Shown one piece after another: positions 1 to 8,795 of a stretch of 64,000 bases of DNA. The stretch is from Patescibacteria group bacterium. Lineage in GTDB: Bacteria; Patescibacteriota; UBA1384; 2-12-FULL-50-11. Every line of letters starts with the position of its first letter. The first letter of the stretch is position 1. The translations under genes and the position numbers were made by a program. The DNA is taken from NCBI GenBank assembly GCA_038058635.1, contig JBBUAP010000001.1, positions 384,771-448,770 on the forward strand, in the 5' to 3' direction. The notes below the pieces were generated by a model. That model was not told the DNA's origin, ran no database searches, and saw only the letters and a list, made by a program, of their open reading frames with translations.

Positions 1-615
1 GAAATCGGGATTGTTGTTGATGATCTCGTAGCTCAACCAGTCGTAAAACCTGGTGGTCGGATCTAGGGCCTCTGAAGAAGTGATGTCGAAACCTTGCTCA
101 TTAGCGGTAAGTTTAAGTATCTCCGACCAACCAAGGATTTCTTCAGCCAAATCGGTTTGGTAGATTTCGCAACCAAGAGATCTCATAGCTTGGAGTAGCT
201 CCTGGCTCGTACCGTTATCGGTTAAAACTTTCAAATTAGGTAGTCCGTATCTTTGAAGCATCGTTTGAATGGCAATGGCGGCGTTACCCGAAGAAATGAT
301 CGACATTTGTGGGAGTTCGCCGGTGGTTTGGCCGTCACGCTTCGATTCCAGGAAATACCGGTAGGTGACCACAATCTCCCAAGCTAAACGGTCTTTATGG
401 GTTCCGGTCGGATTTACACTCTCGTCTTTAAGCCAAACATCGGTGAATCCTGGAATGTCGATTTTGTAGGTTGGGGTGGCAGGAAATTTTGGATTCTCCG
501 GTGGAAATTCCGGTCGGCGAGGATTATTTTCTGACGCAACGACAATCGACCGGAGAGTGGCCTCTTCTCCCTCGCTTAAGAATGATTTGGCGGTTTGATG
601 CCGAGCGAAAAACAT
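1..615 (-). CDS. PLP-dependent fold-type II enzyme, threonine synthase-like (N-terminal part; gene runs off left edge)
   Basis: Manual minus-strand translation from ATG at 615 gives MFFARHQTAKSFLSEGEEATLRSIVV...IPGFTDVWLKDESVNPTGTHKDRLAWEIV... with the NPTG(S/T)xKDR PLP-lysine motif of threonine synthase/cysteine synthase-type enzymes. No stop before position 1. Probably absent from the ORF track because it runs off the window edge. Confidence 0.5.
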   Translation of the reverse strand, partial: MFFARHQTAKSFLSEGEEATLRSIVVASENNPRRPEFPPENPKFPATPTYKIDIPGFTDVWLKDESVNPTGTHKDRLAWEIVVTYRYFLESKRDGQTTGELPQMSIISSGNAAIAIQTMLQRYGLPNLKVLTDNGTSQELLQAMRSLGCEIYQTDLAEEILGWSEILKLTANEQGFDITSSEALDPTTRFYDWLSYEIINNNPDF

Positions 616-895
616 ACCCCTAAGTTTAGCTAGCTGGAGCCATAAAGGAAAGCGGGCACGACTACGCCCTCGACATGAGTCTATAGTTCACCTTCCGCCA
701 CCTGGCAGGTGGGATATGGTCGCTGGAGCTCTAAAAGCTCCTTCGCTAAAGCTTCGTCGCTATGGTTGGAGATTGTAAACCTGCCTCCACCCCAGGGGTG
801 TAATAAGGTTCAGGGTTACAAAATACGGCTTAAGTTAGCCGGATACTGTATGTGGGTTGGGGTCTGGTCAATAATCCGTTACAATTCTTGGAGAT

Positions 896-2626
896 ATGAA
901 AAACGAAGAATACGAAAAATCAGAGCTCTACAAAATCCGTCACACCACTTCGCATATATTGGCGATGGCGGCGCACGAGTTTGATCCAGAGGTGAAATTT
1001 GCGATTGGTCCGCCAATTGAGAGCGGGTTTTATTATGACTTTGAGTTCTCTAAACCTATTACCGACAGCGACCTGAAGACACTCGAAAAATCAATGTACA
1101 AGATCATCAATCAAAACTTCCCGGTGACGCACGAAGTTTTGAGTCGTGGCGCCGCCATCACCAAAATCAAAAAAACTGATCAACCGTATAAGCTCGAGCT
1201 AGCTGAAGATTTAGAAGACGACAAGCTTGGATTCTATAAGATTGATTGGTTTGAAGATCTCTGCAAAGGCCCGCATGTTAAATTGACCGGGGAAGTAAAG
1301 GCCTTCAAACTACTTAGCGTGGCCGGGGCTTACTGGCGCGGTGACGAGAAAAAAGCGATGCTAACCAGAGTTTATGGCACCGCTTTTGGCTCGAAGAAAG
1401 AGCTTGACGCTCATCTCGCCCAACTCGAAGAAGCCAAAAAACGCGACCACAAAAAGCTTGGGCCCCAACTCGATCTGTTTCTATTTTCCGATCTAGTCGG
1501 TGCTGGCTTGCCGCTCTGGACGCCCAAAGGCAATACCCTGCGGCTAATTCTAGACGACTATGTTTGGTCGCTTCGAGCCAAGAAGGGCTATCAAAAAGTG
1601 GAAATCCCCCATATTGCCAAGAGCGATCTCTACAAAAAATCTGGTCATTGGGACAAGTTCCAGGACGATTTAATGAAAATTGAAACACGCGAAGGTCACA
1701 CTTTTGTCTTGAAGCCGATGAACTGCCCTCACCACACCCAAATCTTCGCTCGAAAATCTTGGAGTTACCGCGAACTACCCCAGCGCTACGCCAATACAAC
1801 GATGGTTTATCGCGATGAGCAAACCGGCGAGTTAGCTGGTTTATCGCGCGTTCGTTCAATTACCCAAGATGATGCCCATGTTTTCTGCCGAGCCGATCAG
1901 GTCAAGGATGAGCTTCTGGCCGTTTGGGACATTGTCAGCGAGCTTTACGCTAAGGTTGGTTTCAGTGATCTGTCGGTCCGTTTGTCGTATAGCGACCCCG
2001 CCACTCCAGACAAGTACTTGGGCGAAGCTCGCGTTTGGCAGAAGGCCGAAGCTGAATTGGAGCAGCTGGCCAAGCAGAAGAAAGCCAAGTACGAAATTGC
2101 TCCGGGTGAAGCGGCCTTTTACGGTCCTAAGATTGATTTTATGGCTCGCGATTCGCTCGGGCGACAGTGGCAATTGGCCACCATTCAGCTCGACATGAAC
2201 CTACCCGAGCGATTTGATTTGCATTTCATTAACAGCGAAGGCAAAGAGGAGCAAGTGATTATGATCCACGCAGCCATTATGGGTTCGATCGAACGATTCT
2301 TGTCGGTCTTAATCGAACACTACGCTGGCGACTTCCCGCTTTGGTTAGCACCAGTCCAAGCCAAAATCCTGCCGATTAGCGAAAAGTTTGTCGATTACGG
2401 CCAAGCCGTCGCCGCCGAGCTGGAAAAATTAGGGGTTCGTTTCGAGCTCGACGACGCTTCGGAAACTCTGGGCAAACGCATACGTAATGCCGAAAACCAA
2501 AAAGTGCCCTTTATCTTAATCGTTGGCGAAAAAGAAGTTGCCGACAGAACCGTCACAATCCGTTCTCGCCACGAAGTTGAGCAAAAGACTGTCAAATTAA
2601 CCGAGCTTGTTAAGACTTTCGAATAG
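896..2626 (+). CDS. thrS: threonyl-tRNA synthetase (lacks N-terminal TGS domain)
   Basis: 576 aa. Begins at the N2/editing-domain motifs (RHTTSHILAMA, IGPPIESGFYYDF) and carries class II aaRS catalytic and anticodon-binding regions. There is an in-frame stop 24 nt upstream, so no TGS domain is encoded. Confidence 0.9.
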   Translation: MKNEEYEKSELYKIRHTTSHILAMAAHEFDPEVKFAIGPPIESGFYYDFEFSKPITDSDLKTLEKSMYKIINQNFPVTHEVLSRGAAITKIKKTDQPYKLELAEDLEDDKLGFYKIDWFEDLCKGPHVKLTGEVKAFKLLSVAGAYWRGDEKKAMLTRVYGTAFGSKKELDAHLAQLEEAKKRDHKKLGPQLDLFLFSDLVGAGLPLWTPKGNTLRLILDDYVWSLRAKKGYQKVEIPHIAKSDLYKKSGHWDKFQDDLMKIETREGHTFVLKPMNCPHHTQIFARKSWSYRELPQRYANTTMVYRDEQTGELAGLSRVRSITQDDAHVFCRADQVKDELLAVWDIVSELYAKVGFSDLSVRLSYSDPATPDKYLGEARVWQKAEAELEQLAKQKKAKYEIAPGEAAFYGPKIDFMARDSLGRQWQLATIQLDMNLPERFDLHFINSEGKEEQVIMIHAAIMGSIERFLSVLIEHYAGDFPLWLAPVQAKILPISEKFVDYGQAVAAELEKLGVRFELDDASETLGKRIRNAENQKVPFILIVGEKEVADRTVTIRSRHEVEQKTVKLTELVKTFE

Positions 2627-3383
2627 CAGCGGTTAGCAAGTTTTCGAATAAAAAACTGACTGTTAGGGGGCCGATCGCCCCTTTGGTGGGGGTAATCTTT
2701 TTGACTAGGGGTTCGATAGTTTTAACATCAACATCCAGGCCAGAGCCATCAACCACAACCATTTCCTGATGGACCATTTCTGGAGCAACTAAACCACGAA
2801 CGCCGGTGGCGGAGATTAGTAGATCGTGCTGACGGATATTTTCGGCCTGGGACTTGGCCTGCTTGGCGATAACAGTCAAAGGCCAATTGTTGGCCGCGAA
2901 AACCTTTGCCAGCGGTCCGCCGACCAACTTGCCCATACCCAAAACTACGGTTTTCAAGTCTTTTATCGCAATCTGGTGATATGACAATAAAGCCATAATG
3001 CTACTGGGGGTTGGCGAGTCGTACGGCGAGTTGCCGCTTAAATTGTCGATGTCTTTGATGGGGTTCACTTTCTGGATTAATGCCTCGGTATCTAATGATT
3101 TTGGTAGGGGCAGTTGAAGAACAATGCCGTCAATGTCTTGGCGTCGGTTGAGGCCATCGAGCATCGATTCTAATTGTTGTTGGCTGGCGGTGGGGAAATG
3201 GTGCAAGAAAAAATGACAATCCAACTTTTTGGCCATCGCTTGTTTGGCCCGGATATAGGTGGCGGTCTGCTTGTCTTCCCCCACCCAAACTAAAGCTAAG
3301 CCAGGGGAAGTTGATAGTTTTTGACGACGAGCGACTAGCTCGACAAGCCGCTGACTAAGAAGCGCCTTGGCTATCAGTTGCAT
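2610..3383 (-). CDS. folD: bifunctional methylenetetrahydrofolate dehydrogenase/cyclohydrolase
   Basis: 257 aa with DGIVLQLPLP and the GMGKLVGGPLA NAD(P)-binding region typical of FolD. Confidence 0.85.
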   Translation of the reverse strand: MQLIAKALLSQRLVELVARRQKLSTSPGLALVWVGEDKQTATYIRAKQAMAKKLDCHFFLHHFPTASQQQLESMLDGLNRRQDIDGIVLQLPLPKSLDTEALIQKVNPIKDIDNLSGNSPYDSPTPSSIMALLSYHQIAIKDLKTVVLGMGKLVGGPLAKVFAANNWPLTVIAKQAKSQAENIRQHDLLISATGVRGLVAPEMVHQEMVVVDGSGLDVDVKTIEPLVKKITPTKGAIGPLTVSFLFENLLTAAIRKS

Positions 3384-3389
3384 TACGGG

Positions 3390-4046
3390 TTAGGGGGCGA
3401 CGGGCGTCGGCGTCGCTTTGGCCGCGTCGATGAGTTTCTGCCAAGTTTCGGCAGTTTGGACACCGGTGAACTTAACCTTATTGAGATAGAAGGTCGGCGT
3501 ACTATCGACTTTCAAGGCCAAGCCGTAATCACGGTCTGTTTCGACCGTCTTCTTTGTTTCTGAACTGGCGTAATCTTTTTCAAATTGGTCGATGTTCAAA
3601 TCAAGTTCTTTGGCGTAGTTGATATAGGTATTGAGCGGGTCGTCGAGGTCCTCCCAAGATTTTTGGTTAGCGTAAAGCAAATCGAGCATCGGCCAGAATT
3701 TACTCTGCTTCCCGGCCGCTTCAGCCGCCAGCGACCCATTCATCCCGTTTTGGTGATTGGGTAAGGGAAAGTGACGGAAAATAATTTGAACCGAATCGCC
3801 GTTATTGGCTTGAGCTTTCTCGAAATCAACGGCGGCCATCGCGCAAGCCGGGCACTGGAAATCACCAAATTCGACTATTTTAACGACTGCGCTATCCGGA
3901 CCGAGTTTATGGCCGACGGTTTCGTCGAGCTGATCGGCAGTGACAGTTGTTTTGGTTGAACTGTCACTGGAAAAAATGACGATGCCGCCAATTACTAAGA
4001 CGGCCGCCGCCACCACACCCAAGAAAAATTTTGAATCACCTGACAT
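3390..4046 (-). CDS. DsbA-family thiol:disulfide oxidoreductase, membrane-anchored
   Basis: N-terminal TM helix, thioredoxin-fold CPAC active site (FGDFQCPACAM). Confidence 0.7.
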   Translation of the reverse strand: MSGDSKFFLGVVAAAVLVIGGIVIFSSDSSTKTTVTADQLDETVGHKLGPDSAVVKIVEFGDFQCPACAMAAVDFEKAQANNGDSVQIIFRHFPLPNHQNGMNGSLAAEAAGKQSKFWPMLDLLYANQKSWEDLDDPLNTYINYAKELDLNIDQFEKDYASSETKKTVETDRDYGLALKVDSTPTFYLNKVKFTGVQTAETWQKLIDAAKATPTPVAP

Positions 4047-4445
4047 TTACTTCTTCTTTTTAAAGAAAATTAAGCCATTAATCAAGACCACTAGCCCTAA
4101 AGATACCAGACACCAAGTGCAGTAAGCGTGGATTTGGTATTTTTCGAGGTAGAGTAGATACAAGCTGAAGGCTAAACCACCAATTGCCCAAATTCGTAAC
4201 GGTAGTTCAGCCCAGATTCGTTTGAAGTAGACTAGCCAGGTAAGGATAAGGGCCGCCAAATACCAAAAGATGCCCATTCCAGCGACCGGTAAGCCAAATA
4301 TTTTGGCGTACTGGCTCGAGAGAACGATTTCGCAGCCACCACCGATTGAGCAGATAACCGACGACGGGTCAAATGTTTTCCAGAACAGATAGCCCGAAAC
4401 CAGGATTCCGGCGACAATGAAAATAACTAGCAGCCTTTGTTTCAC
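4047..4445 (-). CDS. vitamin K epoxide reductase (VKOR) family protein, DsbB analogue
   Basis: 132 aa polytopic membrane protein with loop cysteines CSIGGGC, the VKOR signature SxxFGxPxAxxGxxxY (SQYAKIFGLPVAGMGIFWY) and a CTWC redox motif in the last TM helix. Its stop abuts the dsbA-like start. Confidence 0.7.
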   Translation of the reverse strand: MKQRLLVIFIVAGILVSGYLFWKTFDPSSVICSIGGGCEIVLSSQYAKIFGLPVAGMGIFWYLAALILTWLVYFKRIWAELPLRIWAIGGLAFSLYLLYLEKYQIHAYCTWCLVSLGLVVLINGLIFFKKKK

Positions 4446-4500
4446 CCAATTAGTTTACCAGAGCTTGCCAACGGAAACAAAATCCGGCAGATTAGTCCTG

Positions 4501-5172
4501 ATGAGACTCAACAAGTATCTCGCTGTGGCTGGTGTGGCTTCACGCCGGAGTGCCGATGAGATGATTAAACTCGGCCAGGTTAAGATTAACGGTAAAGTTG
4601 TCAAAGAGATGGGGGTCAAGGTGGATGTTGAAAAGGATGTCATCACGGTTGATGGCAAAAAAGTTCAACTCGAGCCGAACATTGTCACCTATTTACTCAA
4701 CAAACCCCGTGGCGTCATCAGTACCGCCGACGACCCCGAGCATCGAAAAACTGTCCTAGATCTGGTGCCAAAATCACCACGGGTTTTTCCCTGTGGTCGA
4801 CTCGACGAAAATACCATGGGGTTAGTAATTCTGACTAACGACGGTAATCTCTGCTACCAGCTGACGCACCCCAAGTTTGAACATCAGAAAGAATACATTG
4901 TCCACGGTCGCTCAAAAACCCCTGAAGCGGCGCTGGAAATTATTCGTCGCGGTGTTCGATTGGCAGACGGGCCAATCAAGGTTGATGCGCTCGAAGTTAT
5001 TCGAATTAGTCACCAAAAAGTTGAATTCAAAGTCACAATCCACGAAGGCCGCAATCATCTTGTTCGCCGACTTTGTGCGGCAGTTGCCATCGAGATTGAC
5101 GGCCTGACCCGTGTTCGTGTCGGTGATTACGAACTCGGCGATATTGAGCCAGGAAAGTACAAGCAGGTGTAG
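4501..5172 (+). CDS. rluB: rRNA pseudouridine synthase (RluB/RsuA family, S4 domain)
   Basis: MRLNKYLAVAGVASRR S4 motif and the catalytic GRLDENTMGLVILTNDG. The ATG at 4501 is in frame with the listed ORF. Confidence 0.8.
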   Translation: MRLNKYLAVAGVASRRSADEMIKLGQVKINGKVVKEMGVKVDVEKDVITVDGKKVQLEPNIVTYLLNKPRGVISTADDPEHRKTVLDLVPKSPRVFPCGRLDENTMGLVILTNDGNLCYQLTHPKFEHQKEYIVHGRSKTPEAALEIIRRGVRLADGPIKVDALEVIRISHQKVEFKVTIHEGRNHLVRRLCAAVAIEIDGLTRVRVGDYELGDIEPGKYKQV

Positions 5173-5178
5173 TTCTGC

Positions 5179-5913
5179 CTATTCCTCAACGAGATTAATA
5201 GTTCTCTGAATGTCTCGAAGCCCTTCCCATCGCAAAATTGTGGATTTCAATTTTGGATCGATAGTACTAATAAAACCCCTAACCAAACCTTGAATGCGAT
5301 ACTGCAAGTCAGTGCTCTTCGGTACGCTAATTTGGACGGTTCCATAGTAAAGCGTATTCTTCTTATAATTCTTGCTTTCCGGTTTGATGTATGACTTGCC
5401 GAAATTCTTCGCGGGGATTCCAGTTAAGTCGGACCAGAATGCTATCAAATCTTTTTCATCTTGCTGACTATATATGTTCAACCAGGCCTTTATGCTGGAA
5501 GTCTCAATTCCGAAGACACGCCTTAGCCAATAAACCATAAATAGTATCAATGCCGGATCTGAGTTTGTTACTCGAGTTGCTCCTTTTTTAGTTCCCTCGG
5601 CCCAGTAGATGGCCGCTCCAAGCAACTTTACGGTTTCGTCGTTCAGAGATGTAGATACCTCATTCTGGGCGGAATCCATTATCTGCGAGATCTCCTCCTG
5701 TCGTCTGAGGTGGTGGCTACGCGATCCCAAATTTAGTATCGCTACCTGTTTGGTATAAAGTCTCTGTTTATGCTCTGGGGATAACAACACATTCTTCAGC
5801 CAAGAGCTGAGAGTACTTTTTGAAACATTAATTTCTTGCTGTATTTCTCGGTAACTCAACCCCTTCATCCTTAGCTTGATGGCCTCATCTTTCAACTGCG
5901 ACTTCGCTATCAT
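5179..5913 (-). CDS. N-terminal HTH domain protein with LAGLIDADG-like homing-endonuclease-type motif
   Basis: N-terminal LSYREIQQEINVSKSTLSSWLKN helix-turn-helix, then LLGAAIYWAEGTK resembling a single LAGLIDADG motif. Visibly lower GC than its neighbours and sits 100 bp from tRNA-Lys. Confidence 0.35.
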   Translation of the reverse strand: MIAKSQLKDEAIKLRMKGLSYREIQQEINVSKSTLSSWLKNVLLSPEHKQRLYTKQVAILNLGSRSHHLRRQEEISQIMDSAQNEVSTSLNDETVKLLGAAIYWAEGTKKGATRVTNSDPALILFMVYWLRRVFGIETSSIKAWLNIYSQQDEKDLIAFWSDLTGIPAKNFGKSYIKPESKNYKKNTLYYGTVQISVPKSTDLQYRIQGLVRGFISTIDPKLKSTILRWEGLRDIQRTINLVEE

Positions 5914-6016
5914 ACTCCCATAATACCATTATGTAGGTGGTGTACTAGGTTAATTTTACTGCTCAGTACCTAATAAGCCATGAATCTTCTTGGTATAATA
6001 AAGGAGCTTAATTACC

Positions 6017-6088
6017 GGGTCGGTAGTTCAGTGGTAGAACAACGGGCTCTTAACTCGTGTGTCGTGGGTTCGATCCCCACCCGACCCA
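6017..6088 (+). tRNA. tRNA-Lys (anticodon CTT)
   Basis: Hand-folded cloverleaf: acceptor GGGTCGG/CCGACCC, D-arm GTTC-AGTGGTA-GAAC, anticodon loop CT-CTT-AA, T-arm GTGGG-TTCGATC-CCCAC. No encoded CCA. Confidence 0.8.
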
Positions 6089-6124
6089 CTATGAATGATC
6101 TCAATATTTTGAAAGGCTAGGGAC

Positions 6125-6763
6125 ATGGATCTGTTTGGCGGAGGCCTTGAAGATACTCTAGTGAAAATCGGCCTATTAGGAGCGTATTTCATCCTTTTTG
6201 CTGAGTCTGGATTATTGATTGGGTTTTTCTTACCCGGCGATAGCTTACTTTTCACGGCTGGGTTACTGGCTTCAAGAGGTTATTTTAGCATTTGGGCGCT
6301 GGTTATTGGCGGTGCCATCGCGGCGATTATTGGCAATCAAGTTGGCTACCATTTCGGTCGACGCTTTGGCCCGAAAATTTTTAACAAAGAAGAATCGTTC
6401 CTTTTCCATAAAGACCACATTATTCGGGCAGAAAAGTTTTACGAGAAGTATGGCGGCGTGGCCCTTATAATTTCCCGTTTTACGCCGATTATCCGTACCT
6501 TCGTCCCGATTCTTGCCGGAGTAGGCAAAATGAATTACCGAAGATTCTTGGTCTATAACATCATCGGCGGAATTCTCTGGGTTTTCAGCGTTAGTTTTGC
6601 GGGTTTCTTTTTAGGTAAGATTGTACCTGATATTGACCGCTATATTCTGCCGATTATCGTCGTTATAGTAATTTTGTCAGCAATAACACCGACCTGGGGC
6701 TATCTTCAACACCGTAAGAATCGTAACTCTAACGCCCGGGCAAAATCCGACCAAGCTCGTTGA
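6125..6763 (+). CDS. DedA/TVP38-family membrane protein
   Basis: Polytopic membrane protein with the DedA core motif (LFAESGLLIGFFLPGDSLLFTAG). Confidence 0.75.
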   Translation: MDLFGGGLEDTLVKIGLLGAYFILFAESGLLIGFFLPGDSLLFTAGLLASRGYFSIWALVIGGAIAAIIGNQVGYHFGRRFGPKIFNKEESFLFHKDHIIRAEKFYEKYGGVALIISRFTPIIRTFVPILAGVGKMNYRRFLVYNIIGGILWVFSVSFAGFFLGKIVPDIDRYILPIIVVIVILSAITPTWGYLQHRKNRNSNARAKSDQAR

Positions 6764-6977
6764 GCCAGTCGCCAATAACCGGCAAACCGCCGAATTGTCT
6801 GATCAAAAGTCCGAGAATTCCAACCACAATCGCTACGCCGACAGTTGCTCCCAATCCCGACATTAGACCCATCAAAAATCCCCGCGCCGCCAATTTGCCC
6901 GGGTTGTGGTAGGCTTTATCGATGGCAGCGATCAAGCCGTTAATACTCTTGATTTTGTCTTCTTCGGTGGCGCTCAT
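6729..6977 (-). CDS. hypothetical small membrane protein
   Basis: 82-aa ORF with a Gly-rich TM helix. No recognisable family. Confidence 0.3.
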   Translation of the reverse strand: MSATEEDKIKSINGLIAAIDKAYHNPGKLAARGFLMGLMSGLGATVGVAIVVGILGLLIRQFGGLPVIGDWLNELGRILPGR

Positions 6978-7015
6978 ATATTAACGGTAGCGATAAAAGT
7001 GATTCTCAACAAGTA

Positions 7016-7094
7016 TGGCGCACTCGACCGGATTTGAACCGGCGATCTCCTCCGTGACAGGGAGGCGCTTTAAACCAGGCTAAGCTACGAGTGC
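7016..7094 (-). tRNA. tRNA-Asp (anticodon GTC), CCA encoded
   Basis: The reverse complement folds as acceptor GCACTCG/CGAGTGC, anticodon stem-loop CCTCC-CT-GTC-AC-GGAGG, T-arm GGTTCAAATCC, followed by G-CCA. Confidence 0.8.
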
Positions 7095-7216
7095 AATAAG
7101 CTAGCAGCGTTCAGCAATCAGCTGTCAGCTGTCAGCTTTGTTATTTTCTCAAGAATTGATGAATAAATCCAGGACTTTGTCCTAGAATCATTTAGCCGCA
7201 ATTCGCAAGCCGCTTG

Positions 7217-8239
7217 CTAAATCTTGATGTATCTCTTGACCTTGTGCTTGGCTAGGGTTTCTTTGTACCAATCCTCATAAGACTGGTCGGCGCCGTCACT
7301 CTGTTCGAGTAACTGGACAATTTGAAAACCAAACTGGGTTTGAACGGGGTCGGAGACTTGATTTACCGTCAGCTTGGCTACTATCTCTTCCAGCCCCGGC
7401 GCAATTTGAGAGGCCAATTCGCCCTTGCGCCAATAGCCGATATCGCCCCCGCTCGCAGCAGTCTTGCCGTCCTGACTAAACTCTTTAGCTACTTCGGCGA
7501 AGTCCTTACCGGCCGTAAGTTGCTTCTTGGCGTCGTTGGCGGAGCCCAGGTCAATGGTCAGAATATGACGAATATGCCAGCGAACAAGTACAGCATTCTT
7601 GACCTTTTCCTTGAGAATTTGTTCCGCCAGGATCCATTTGTACTGGGTGATCGACATATCATAGAGCTGACGGACTTTTTGTTTAATCTCGGCTTGATCG
7701 CCTTGTTTATCTAAGGCAATCTTCAGCTCCTCGCTAGTAACGCGCAGGTTGCGTTTTTGTGCCTCCAAATAGACAACCCGATCTTCAACCAGACCTTCTA
7801 ATACCCGCTGGCGCAGTTCGCTGTCGGTCGGCGGTTTGCTGGTAGCGTCACTGGGAGCTTGGGCGCTAAAGGTATTCAAGAAATGTAACCGGGCCAAAAA
7901 CTGATGCGACCAAACCAAAGTGGCGTCAACTTTAGCGGCGGGAAACGGGTAAAGCTGGCTCAAGTTGTTAGCGAGGCGTGTCTCCGCCTTTTTAGGGTAA
8001 ATTTGAACGAAGGCCATAATACCAAAGCCAAGATAAATCACGAGAATAGTGGCTGCTGCATCAATAAGTACGGTCGATGGATTCTTAATATGGCGACGAA
8101 CTAAAGCGCCCAAGATAGGAACGCGCGTATGCAGCCAAAGCCAAATCTTCTGATAAGCGCGGACAATCAAGTCAACCACTTTTAAGGTGAACTCGACGAT
8201 CGTTCCTAAAATGTTTTTAAGCCGGGCCAAGTTGTCCAT
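7217..8239 (-). CDS. parvulin-type peptidyl-prolyl cis-trans isomerase (SurA/PrsA-like), membrane-anchored
   Basis: N-terminal TM helix, SurA-N-like region, and a PpiC domain with GGDIGYWRKGEL...FGFQIV. Start chosen at MDNLARL (8239) rather than the longer listed ORF start. Confidence 0.7.
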   Translation of the reverse strand: MDNLARLKNILGTIVEFTLKVVDLIVRAYQKIWLWLHTRVPILGALVRRHIKNPSTVLIDAAATILVIYLGFGIMAFVQIYPKKAETRLANNLSQLYPFPAAKVDATLVWSHQFLARLHFLNTFSAQAPSDATSKPPTDSELRQRVLEGLVEDRVVYLEAQKRNLRVTSEELKIALDKQGDQAEIKQKVRQLYDMSITQYKWILAEQILKEKVKNAVLVRWHIRHILTIDLGSANDAKKQLTAGKDFAEVAKEFSQDGKTAASGGDIGYWRKGELASQIAPGLEEIVAKLTVNQVSDPVQTQFGFQIVQLLEQSDGADQSYEDWYKETLAKHKVKRYIKI

Positions 8240-8793
8240 ATGATGTTCGCTATCACCACCATAACAGCTAGACCAACGAAGATAAAATGCCACACCATTG
8301 GTTGCCGGTTTTCGCCAGCTGGCGGATCGATCACTCGCCAGGATTGCCAAACGAGGTAGAAGACGACAATTCCCAGCATCGATTTCTGGAAATAGCTAAT
8401 CGGCCAAAATTGGGTCAGCGTCGCAATCTGCGAAGTAAAAAGTCCGACCATTGACCAAATCAGGATCTCGTCCCGACCGACTGGACCTTTGGCGCCAGCT
8501 GAAACTAGACCAACTAAAGTCGAACCAACAAAGATTATCAATGAGGCCACAAGCGGGATAATGTAGCCGTTACCCAACCAGAAATGGGTCAATACCAACA
8601 GTAAGGCAACGGTGCTAAAAATCGGCAATTCCAGCTGTCGCACCGACAGTAAGACGCCGTTCAACGCAATCAGGGCGACGAGCAAGTTGCCTGTTAACAA
8701 GCTCGGCAGAGAATTCCAAAGAACGCTGACGATGGCGATTTGAAACAACCAGAGTAACAGTAGAGTTTTAGGCATTCTTTTAAAGAAAGCCAT
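8206..8793 (-). CDS. hypothetical polytopic membrane protein
   Basis: 195 aa with about 6 predicted hydrophobic helices. Co-oriented with the LCP and parvulin genes. Confidence 0.45.
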   Translation of the reverse strand: MAFFKRMPKTLLLLWLFQIAIVSVLWNSLPSLLTGNLLVALIALNGVLLSVRQLELPIFSTVALLLVLTHFWLGNGYIIPLVASLIIFVGSTLVGLVSAGAKGPVGRDEILIWSMVGLFTSQIATLTQFWPISYFQKSMLGIVVFYLVWQSWRVIDPPAGENRQPMVWHFIFVGLAVMVVIANIIWTTWPGLKTF

Positions 8794-8795
8794 GC

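Noticed and set aside
616-895. T-box riboswitch upstream of thrS
   Set aside because: No AGGGUGGNACCGCG T-box sequence or specifier-loop arrangement was found.
709-984. 91-aa plus-strand ORF upstream of and overlapping thrS
   Set aside because: It is in a different frame from thrS and lies within the structured leader. It has no SD or motifs. Likely spurious.
1314-2198. Three ORFs (181, 105, 109 aa) antisense or out of frame within thrS
   Set aside because: They are fully contained in a strongly supported conserved gene. The antisense and alternate-frame translations are low-complexity.
6028-6255. 75-aa minus-strand ORF
   Set aside because: It overlaps tRNA-Lys and the DedA gene start. It is an artefact of the tRNA sequence.
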